A DNA stretch of 60,000 bases from Callorhinchus milii (Eukaryota): positions 31,932,001-31,992,000 of the forward strand of contig NW_024704742.1 in the NCBI RefSeq assembly GCF_018977255.1. The letters are read 5' to 3'. How positions within the stretch are numbered: the first letter of the stretch is position 1; each line of letters starts with the position of its first letter. The notes below the pieces were generated by a model. The model worked only from the letters and a program-made list of their open reading frames with translations, was not told where the DNA came from and did not search any database. Below are positions 50,294-60,000 of this stretch, piece by piece. Position numbers and translations under genes: made by a program.

Positions 50294-50957
50294 AACCATA
50301 GTGGTCACCAAATCTCAAAGAAAATTGGTTTTGACAATCTGGCAAAACTAGCACTTTTGTTCTAATTAAATAAGTTCTCCAGTCTGGTCAAAGGAATTTG
50401 GGATAGAATATGAAACAAAGGTTTCATCCACCAGCTGACAGGATAGCCTGTTGCTAGCGTAATTCTGCAGCCATCTTATGCGTGGGTTGCAGACTCAGTT
50501 CCTAACACAACTTAAATTGTGTTGATGTCTATATTACTGGTTTCTATAACACATTCTAAATAATCATCTTACTAGAGACACTGAGCATGGTAACACAACA
50601 AAATATTTTTGTTGAGGAATTTATTTTGTGTAAAAATTCTCAAAATAAATTAATTTTCTGTCATTATAATTACAAACTGGTCTCACAAAGAAAACAGGAT
50701 CTTGCCAACTGAAACATTTGTTTCCTTTGTGTTTTTAATTTATTGTCTTTTATCCAGAATTAAATCATCTCCATTTGTCTTGACTCCATTCTTCACTCTT
50801 GTCTAATCTCTATTCCTCTATCTCTCCTCAGAAGGCCTTCTCCAATGTAAGGATATCTGTTCTAATTCCACTCAGCCCAAACCCTATTCTCTTTATCCAT
50901 TGCAATGGTAACTGCGTTTTGTGGTGCTTCTTATTCTTGCTCTCATATATTGCACAT

Positions 50958-51260
50958 CAACAACAATAAATTACATTTATAAAGTGCTGTTCATGTCGGA
51001 AGGACGTCCCAAGGTGCTGGATAGTTAAAGATTTGAATCCGAGCTGGGGGTTGGAATCAAGAGGGGTGAAGGGTAGGGGGTTGGAGTGTGGCCAAAGGCA
51101 CGGTCAAAAAGGAAGGTCTTGACACAGGCCTTGAAGGATACAAGGGAGGGGGTGAGGCAGAAGGATTCCAGGATGAATTTCCAGAGGGTGGGGGTAGACG
51201 GCGACAAAAAGGGCCGTCCAAGCCCCAGAGTGGTGTATACGAGAGCAACAAGGATGATCC
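50958..51260 (-). mobile_element. L2 3' end fragment
   Basis: SFKACVKTFLFDRAF translation on minus strand plus terminus. Confidence 0.85.
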
Positions 51261-51289
51261 CCAGAATTAGAGGAATGAGCTATCAGCAA

Positions 51290-51640
51290 TGATGAGACAA
51301 GTTAGGGCTCTTCGATTTGGGGAGAAGATGACTCAGAGGGGACCTGATAGAAGTGTACAAAATTTAAAATGGGATCAAAAACGTAAACTCAGAACAATAT
51401 TTTAAGGTGCACCAAGACAGTGGAACAAAAGGACGTAGGTTTACAGTTGTAAAGAGGCTATTTCAGAACAAACACCAGGAATTTTTTCTTTGCGGCAACT
51501 GGTAATCAATGACTGGAACAAGTTGCCGGGGAAGGTGGTGGAGGCCAGATTAGATTCATTTAAAAAGCATCTTGATGCCGTAAGGTGGCTGTTCTGGAGG
51601 GATTAGATTGGATGGGCTGAATCTTCAATTTTGTGATCTT
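51290..51640 (+). mobile_element. CR1 3' fragment
   Basis: LGLF..RRxLRGDLIEVYKI translation. Confidence 0.8.
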
Positions 51641-52369
51641 GCAAAATCTTGTAAATTAGACCCTAATGTCCTTGAGGATGCCAGTGCTGTATCTGGGCAT
51701 CCTTCCACCTCAATCTGTAGTTGATTCTACAGTGGGCTTGATGAGTGATTCTTTTAAAATCCTTTGAAGTTCTGAAAGACAATATATCTTTTCTGGATTG
51801 TATTTCAGAAATAAAGTAAACACACCCTGTGTTAATATTTTCCCTGACGCACAGCAAATTTTATTTGGATTATATAATAAAAATCCAAGTAAACATCCTT
51901 TTGTTTGTTTATAATCCAGGCGGGTCCTTGCCTTTGTGGGCTTCATATTCCATTGACTATTAGACCTCTGTTTTAGCATTTCAGCATTTCACTGATCTCC
52001 TCGTTTAGTGATACAGTCCTTATCAAGCCAGAGTCTTACATTGTAAGTGAATGTATTTAAGCCCGTTGTCTAGAATCCTGTTATATGATTTGCATCCTGC
52101 AGTTACAGCCCAACATACGGAGTAGATTTTATAATTATGTAGAATATATTCTATATACAATAAAAAGTGATCATAATATCACAGGATTGGTTTGGATGAA
52201 GAAGACCTTTCGCCCCATCTGATCTCTCATCTTTCCAGAATACGCACACACCTTACTGTCCTCCCATCACAGCATCAAGCTGCTTTTAAGTTAATCTGTT
52301 GCCCTGGTTACATTAGCATAAAATTAGGACCGAAGGGATCAGCTTTACACAGTCATTGTTTGGGTCATA

Positions 52370-52785
52370 CTCTCAGAAGGTTAAGCACACTTCCTCACAG
52401 TGGCTATCCATTGGATAGATATGTTTAAGGCAGCTCCATGTTCTGGAGAAAGCATTAACTTGAGAAGTTCATAACCGCTATTGGATTTTCTTTGTATCTT
52501 TTTGGATTTAAGATAGTTAGTAAATGAGTGAATGGGGCGGAGAATTCTTTTCACCCACAGAGGAGTTGGGATATCCAATACCCTGATGGGAGCAGTGGTT
52601 GAGAAAAATTAATATTTGCCTTTAAGAAGGAACTAATTAAATACCTTATAAAGATTAAACTACAATGTTATAGGGAAAGGGCAGGTAAATGGGACTGAAC
52701 AAATTGCACTTGAGGGAGCCAGCACAGACAGACATGATGGGTCGAATGGCTTCCTTCTGTGCCATATGTTTCTATGTTTCTATGA
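52370..52785 (+). mobile_element. CR1 3' end fragment
   Basis: FFTHR..W motif, GATGGGTCGAATGGCTTCCTTCTGTG terminus and TTTCTATG repeats. Confidence 0.75.
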
Positions 52786-53077
52786 CACAATCCCTCACCA
52801 AAATATACCATTTTCAATGCCAACACTTGTAAAGCCAGGTCCACACTCATCCTCTGGTTAGCCATTCATGACATTAAGAATAGTGTCAGGAGAGGGGAGA
52901 GGGAAAGCCACCTCAGTCTCATTCCCAATTGGTACATCTCAGATCCGACTCACATTGAAAGAAGCAAATTATCCACTCAATTTTGGACTGAATTAATAGA
53001 TTTCACATTTTATGCTGTACACTCACTGAGCTGACTCAAACATGGATGCAGCATATAGCACAGAGACATCAACAAGT

Positions 53078-53215
53078 AGGGTCCTACTTACTGCTGGATA
53101 AACAGAGGTATGTGGAGTGAGGAAACTTGCCTAAGGTTTCACCCCGCCCGGGAATCGATTCCTGGTCTTCTTGTTTGCGAGGTGAGTGCTCTAAGGATTA
53201 TGCAATAGGACTCCA
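53078..53215 (-). mobile_element. SINE 5' part (long form)
   Basis: tRNA head plus CORE-like segment. Confidence 0.8.
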
Positions 53216-53729
53216 TTTAAGTCAAGGCAATGATTTGACAAATAATTTTAGTCTGGATCTTCTCCTTCAGTTGAGCTGCCCATCCCAAATTGCATCATAT
53301 AGCTTCCCACAATATCCATCTTTGCTGAATTAAACCTTCCTACTGATGTCACAAGGGCGGGGATATTGCTCTTTGTCTTACGTGTGGTATTAATTTAAGC
53401 CTTTTTGTATAATATTTGATAATTGTCTGTGCCAAATATGCTTATATTGAATTTTTTTTAAATGTTCATTCTAAACTCTCAAGTAAAAAAGTTGATGGTG
53501 TGTTCATGGACTCTTTCAGAAAAATTAATAATGGTTCTTTGCATTTGATACAGTGCCTAATTACATCATCAAGACATTGCTCCACAGGACTTATTGTAAA
53601 GGGGTGTGACTGTGTGTATTTTGTGGGCAAATGCGGTAGGCAATTTGTGGACTGCAATGTCCCACAAACAGCAATGAAGCGAGTAAGCAATTGTGTTTGG
53701 GAGATTGTTGGCCAGGATATCGGAAAAAA

Positions 53730-54370
53730 ACAACTGGATGAGTATTTGATTTATAACACATACGTCAAACAGTGCAAGGCGACAATAGACAAGGCAAATA
53801 GATGCAGGGCTAGATTGCTGAACTAAGTGAGTTCACGTCCCCAGAGGTTATGCTGAAGCTCTACAGTGTTCTGGTCAGGCCACACCTAAAGTATTGTGTA
53901 CAGTTCTGGTCCCCTTGATATAAGGAGGTTAGCTGTGCGCTAGGGCCAGTGCGTAGGACAGCAATGAATATGATCCCCATTGTTGGAAGAACAATGAGCA
54001 ATGATTAGATGGAGCTCTTTGAAAAGAGCAACGTCTCAGAGTGCACCTTATAGTATTACAGGTGATTCTTAATGGCATTGAGAACGTAAACCCAGAACCA
54101 TACTTTTAGATTTGCCAAGACACCAGAACAAGAGGGCCCAGGTTCAGAGTTGCAATGAACAATTTCAGATCAGAAACCAAGAAGTTACCAGATACCACAA
54201 CAGATACACAAAAGGTAATTAATGACAGGGACAGGATACCAGGAAGTGTTGTTGTGACTAGGATGCAAGATTAATTTAAGAAACAGCTTGATGCTATATC
54301 GGTAGGATGCTAAGATGGGGATGAGGTCAAATAGGCCAAAGGGTTCTCTTCACTCAAACTTCTCTTGTGA
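53730..54370 (+). mobile_element. Degenerate CR1 3' fragment
   Basis: [19 protein letters not shown] translation. Confidence 0.8.
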
Positions 54371-54999
54371 TTTGCAAAGATGTAGGGGGTGTGGAGGGTA
54401 AATTTGCATGGCTTTGGAGCTGGTGGGTAGCGTTGTCTGTGTAGAGAAGTAGATCAGGCTGAAGAGTGAAGATTTAGGGTCATATGAATACACAATACAA
54501 TGCAAACTTACAGTTATACAGTGCCTTTCACATCGTAAAGACACCACAAGGTGCTTAAACAATAATGACTATACTATAAATCGCAGAATGTACTGTAAAG
54601 TGTGTTCCATAAGCAAACGCAACTGACAATTTGCACACATCAAACAGATAGCCATAAAGTGAATGACCAATTCTATTTGGGGCGGTTGTTAGTCAGAACA
54701 CCAGGAGAAACTCCCTTCTCTTTTTGAATAGTGCAGATGATACGGGGAGAGGAGTCAGGACAGAACGGAGGCAGAGCCTGGGCCTAGCAAGCAGCATAAA
54801 AGGAACGGCTGAGGTAAGCTGGGAACTGTTGGAGCTACGAAAAAAAGAAAAAGTGACGTTAGTGTGATGTCATTTTCAACAGCAGAACCAGGGAGACATC
54901 GACAAACAAGGAACTGTCAGAAACTAAAACACTGACGATAAATAAAAACAAGAAAACAAAAAACAAAAAATATATATATTAAAAACACTGTGTGAGAAG

Positions 55000-56073
55000 A
55001 TGATGTGGCAAGTGAAATGCGAGGACTGTGACATGTGGGAGTTAATGGAGGGCCCCCTGAGCCTGGCAACTTCATCTGCAGCAAGTGTCTACAACTCAGG
55101 AAACTCCAGCTGAGAGTAGCTGAGCTGGAAGCCGAGGTGCAGACACTGCGCTCCATCAGGGACAGTGAGAGGTTCCAGGACAATATGATGGAGAAAACCA
55201 TCACTCCCCTGAGGCTCAGAAAATGCTTGCATCTGGTTAATGGTCAGGGACAGGATAGTTTTATCAGTCCAGCAGATAATGGGACCCCTGAGAGAGTGAT
55301 GATGGAGCCTTGGGCTGCAAACTTGTACAACGGAGGTGAGGATTTGATGGACCAGACACTTCACTTCAGGAGGTGGTCACCACACAGCCACCGAGAGTTA
55401 AGAGGGAAAATGACTGGGTGGCTATCCAGCATGGTAGAAAAAGGGGACGGGCAGGGCAGAATGCCCCCAGTAGTGTAGCACTCTCAAACCGGTACTCTGT
55501 ACTGAACATTAAGAGTGTTGATATTTCCAAGGAGGACAGTAAAAAACGATTGGTTGAACAGGGGGGCATAGGTAACAGGAGCAATGCTGTTGTCATAGGG
55601 GATACAACAGTGAGAGGTATAGACTGGCGTTTCTGCAATAGAAGATGGGAGTCTAGGATGGTATGTTGCCTCCCTGGTGCAACAGTTTTAAACATCACGG
55701 AACGGATGGATAAAATTTTTCAGGGGGAAGGGGAACATCCAGAAGTGGTGGTCCAGGTTGAGATCCATGATATTGGTTACAGGATGAATATCAAAAGCTG
55801 GGGAACAAGCTAAAGAATAGAACATCCAAGGTGGTGATCGCGGGATTACTCCCTGTTCCTCGGGCAAATAAATACCATAATGGCAGGATCAAGCATATGA
55901 ATGCTTGGCTGGAGAATTGGTCCAGAAAAGAGGGCTTCAGGTTTCTAGATCATTGGGACCAGTTCTGGGACAGGTGGGAACTGTACCATACGGATGGGTT
56001 ACACCTAAACAGGGCTGGGGCGAATGTCCTTGTAGACAGGCTGTTTAATGCTATAGAGGAGGGTTTAAACTAG
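55000..56073 (+). pseudogene. CR1 ORF1: zinc finger, leucine zipper, SGNH-type esterase (frameshifted)
   Basis: CEDC..CSKC, LQLRVAELEAEVQTL, VVIGDT, CCLPGA, DGLHLN. Confidence 0.88.
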
Positions 56074-56167
56074 TTTTGAGGGGGCAAGGGAATGCAAAAA
56101 ATAAAGGGCAAGAAAATGGAGAAATAAAGCGGGGTGGGGGGGAAGTGCAGAACAGGTCAAGTCGGTC

Positions 56168-58902
56168 TTGGAGTGCATGTGCCTAAATGCACGGAGTTTA
56201 GCAAACAAGATTGGTGAGCTGCAGGCTCAAGTGGTCATATGGGGATATGATGCAGTAGCAGTAACAGTAACAGAGACTTGGCTCAAACAAGGACAGGAAT
56301 GGGAGCTGAATATTCCTGGCTATAATGTATTCAGGAGGGATAGGGAAGGAAAAAAAGGAGGGGGAGTGGCAATATTAATCAAGGATATACGGTTATAGCC
56401 GTGGAAAGGGTTGAAGTGCTGGAGGGCCCCAAAACAGAATCTATCTGGTTAGAGTTAAGGAACAAAAAAGGAGCTGTTACGCTGGTACACTATAGACCAC
56501 CAAATAGTGAGAAGGAAATAGATGAGCAGATCTGCATCAGAAGAGATGCAAGGCTAATAGAGTCGTGATAATGGAGGACTTTAATTATTATCCCAACGTA
56601 GACTGGCAAAACAACAGCGCAAAGGGCAAGGAGGAGAAGATTCCTAAAATGCATACAGGACAACTTTCTTGATCAGTATGTTTTCAGCCCAATGAGGAAG
56701 GAAGCAGTGCTGGATCTTGTTCTGGGGAATGAAGTAAGGCAAGTGGAGCAGGTTTCAGTGGGAGAGCATCTGGGCAATAGTGATCACAACACCATTAGAT
56801 TCAGAGTGTATGTGGAAAGGGACAAGGAACCATCAAAGGTGAAGATACTCAACTGGAAGAGGGCTAATTTCAGTGAGTTAAGGGGGGACCTGGCCAAGGT
56901 GGACCGGAAAGAAAGATTGGCAGGTAAAACAACTAAAGAGCAGTGGGAAGTCTTCAAGGATGAGATAGCTCAGGGACAGAACAAATACATTCCCACAAAA
57001 GTAGGGCATCCAAACCTCCCTGGATGACAAAGGTAATTGTGTCTAGAATGAAGCAGAAAAAGGAGGCGTATGACAAATGTCAAACCCAAGATACAGAAGA
57101 CAACCTAATAGAATATAGGAAGTAAAGAAGAGAACTGAAAAAGGAAATAAGAGGGGCAAAAACATTATACGAAGAAAGGTTAGCGGGTAACATTAAAGAG
57201 TATCCTAAAATATTTCACAAACATATCAAGAAAAAAAGGTTAGTTAAAGGTAGCGTGGGGCCAATTAGGGACCAAGGCGGAAATCTTATTGTGGAGGCAG
57301 AGGGCATGGCTGATGTACTGAATGAGTACTTTGCATCTGTCTTCACAAAAGAAGTGGATGCACCAAATGCCGCAGTATCGGAGGAGAGGGTAGAGGAAAT
57401 GGATACGGTAAGTATAAACAGAGAGGAAGTACTGAAAAGGTTGACTGGGCTCAAGGTAGACAAGTCACCGGTCTGGACGGGATACAGCCAAGGTTACTAT
57501 GGGAGGCACAGGTACAAATAGCGGAGGCTTTGGCTAAAATTTTTCAATCTTCGTTGAACACAGGGGTGGTGCCAGAGGACTGGAGAGTGGCTAATGTTAC
57601 TCCCCTGTACAAAAAGGGGCAGAAGAACAAACCTGGGAACTACAGGCCAGTCAGCCTAACATCAGTAGTGGGGAAACTCCTGGAGACTATAATCTGGGAC
57701 AGAATAAATCTTTATTTAGAAGAATATGGGTTAATTAGGGACAGCCAGCACGGATTTGTTAAAGGCAGATCTTGTCTAACAAATCTAATAGAATTTTTCG
57801 ATGAGGTAAGGGAGAGGGTGGATGAAGGTAGTGCTGTTGATGTAGTTTATATGGACTTTCAAAAGGCATTTGACAAAGTGCCACATAAAAGACTTGTAAG
57901 AAAAATAGAAGCCCATGGTATAAAAGGGATAGTGGCAGCATGGATCCAGAACTGGCTGGGAGACAGAAAACAGAGGGTTGTGGTGAACGGCTACTTTTCT
58001 GACTGGAAGGAAGTGTACAGTGGCGTCCCCCAGGGATCGATATTGGGACCACTGCTCTTCTTAATATAGATAAATGATCTGGACTTGGGTATAGCAAGTA
58101 CCAATTCCAAGTTTGCGGACAACACAAAGTTAGGTAGGATAGTAAACAGTGAGAAGGATAGTAGCCAATTGCAGGAAGATGTAGACATAGTGGTAAAATG
58201 GGCAGACAAATTTCAATGTGGAGAAATGCAAGATAATGCATTTTGGAAGAAAGAATGAGGGGAGGCAACATAGGCTGGTAATACAATCTTAAGGGGGGTG
58301 AAGAAACAGAGAGACCTGGGGGTTCAGGTAAATGAATCATTGAAGGTGGCAGGACAGGTAGATAAAGCTGTAAAAAGGGCATATGGGCATATGGGATACT
58401 AAGCTTTATAAATAGGGCCATAGAGTCAGGTTATGATTAACCTATATAAACACTGGTTAGGCCTCAGTTAGATTATTGCGCCCAGTTCTGGGCACCACAC
58501 TATAGGAAGGATGTTAAGGCATTGGAAAGGGTGCAGAGGAGATTTACAAGGACAATACCAGGAATGAGGGACCTTGATTATGAGAAAAGGCTAAAGAGGC
58601 CGGGATTATACTCATTGGAGCAGAGAAGGTTACGAGGAGACCTAATAGAGGTTTTCAAAATCATGAGGGGATTTGATAGGTTAGAAAGAGAAAAACTGTT
58701 TCCACTGGTGGGTGTGTCAGTGACTCGAAGTCACAGATTTAAAATAGTTTCTAAAAGAAACAGAGGGGAGGTGAGAAGAATTTTTTTCACGCAGCGAGTT
58801 GTTCAAATCTGGAACGTATTGCCTGAAAGGGTGGTGGAGGTCGATTCGATAACAATTTTTAAAAATGCGGTGGATGGGTATTTGAGGAGGACGGTTTTGT
58901 AG
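56168..58902 (+). pseudogene. CR1 ORF2: APE endonuclease + reverse transcriptase (stops and frameshifts)
   Basis: LNARSL, TETWL, LDLVL, SDH, NYRPVSLTS, DFQKAFDKV, GVPQGSILGP; FADD mutated to FADN; TAG at 58067-58069. Confidence 0.95.
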
Positions 58903-60000
58903 GATTATAGGGAAAGGGCTGGGGAGTGAGATTGACATAACATTGCTCTTCTCACAAAGCCGGCACAGACTCAATGGGCCGAATGGCCTCTTTTTGTGCT
59001 GTACGATTCTATGAGATCTTTAATGCCCACCTGAACAGGCAGATGGGACCTTGGTTCTATCGGCATCTCTAATAGTGCAGCACATGCCCAGCACTGCATT
59101 GAAGTGTCAGCTTAAACTATGTGATTGCAAGTCTCGAAGTGGGGCTTCAATCCACAACATTCTGACTCAGAGGCGATAGTACTACCAACTGAGCCAGGCT
59201 GACACAAGATATATATTTAACAGGGTTTTAAAAGACTCATAGAGAGAAAGCAAGGTGAAGAGACTTTGGGAGAGAGTTCCAGAGAGCAAGGCTATAGTGG
59301 CTGAAAACATAGCCATCAATGGTAGATGAGGAAAGAGCAGTATCCGAATTAGAAGAGCAAAGAGTGTGTGCTGGAGAAGAGTGACATTATGTAGAGGATT
59401 GAGATCTTTAAGGTATTTCAAAGTCAAGACAAATGGCAGACCATGGAGGGGTGTGCTGTCACCTAGTGGCCAGTTGGTGTTATACATCAGAAGATTGCAA
59501 TTTCAAGACTGTTACTGTGAGGAGAGCGTGCACTAAGGTTTGCTAAGTTCAGCTATTTGACTATAGAACTTCTGTTCACTTCAGGTTTGTGCCCACTGTA
59601 ACGTTTAGGGTTATGTTCCATTTTGCTCACTTCATGGCTGTTTGCTTGACATCACTGTGCGCACACCTACAGTATATAAATTGCTTTGCAATGTCTCAAT
59701 GATGTGATAAGGTGCTATATCAAGGGCAATGGTTATTTTTATGTATCCCCTTAGCCCAAGTCCTCTCATCCTTTCATAATAGCGACCCTCCTTTTTTCCA
59801 GAGCAACCGTTCCACTCTGTGTCTAAAGGCAAATGATCTATTGCAGTTAATTAAGCTCAGGTGTGTAATAATCCAAGGCATCTCTATTCTGCCACAACAC
59901 AGTTTCAAACAAACAATACTGATCACAGTTACCTCCCGGAAGAATTCGAATAGTTTTCAGTAAACTAAAGCCATTTTTTCATCTCCTTTACTCTCTTGTG

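Larger units (their letters stand above)
54736..59012 (+). mobile_element. Near full-length CR1 LINE (inactive)
   Basis: 5' UTR, ORF1 and ORF2 with CR1 motifs, ATGGGCCGAATGGCCT..ATTCTATG 3' end; splits a minus-strand DeuSINE (54575-54735 and 59012-59205). Confidence 0.96.

Noticed and set aside
1..60000. Prokaryotic-type systems (CRISPR array, retron, DGR) suggested by RT ORFs and repeats
   Set aside because: RTs are ordinary L2 and CR1 non-LTR types; no regularly spaced repeat-spacer array or operon structure.

Overview
Eukaryotic, repeat-rich vertebrate DNA, almost certainly from a cartilaginous fish and probably a chimaera/holocephalan. This is inferred only from the repeat content: tRNA-headed SINEs with a Deu-type body and (ATT)n tail, SacSINE1-like DeuSINEs, L2 and CR1 LINEs, and shark-type Penelope-derived palindromes. 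No complete protein-coding gene, rRNA, genuine tRNA or CRISPR array is visible, and nearly all ORFs in the track are repeat-derived or chance ORFs. The main elements are a near full-length but dead CR1 (54736-59012; ORF1 zinc-finger/zipper/esterase, ORF2 APE-RT), a 5'-truncated L2 with an intact RT core (28841-31042) and dozens of SINE/LINE fragments, often nested. The window looks intronic or 5'-flanking. Several well-formed minus-strand candidate exons are present, the best being 33065-32651 with a strong-Kozak ATG and a GTAAGT donor, but I cannot name the host gene. I found no convincing new autonomous biological system. The most interesting signals are hammerhead-ribozyme relics in palindromic elements, a CORE+Deu composite SINE whose young subfamily lost part of the CORE-like segment, covarying SINE/L2 3' stem-loops, a triple-nested insertion carrying about 90 bp of captured sequence, a 134-bp inverted repeat, an unclassified repeat family with piggyBac-like TTAA ends, and a UG-repeat-flanked candidate exon. 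Repeat boundaries were read by eye and are approximate.
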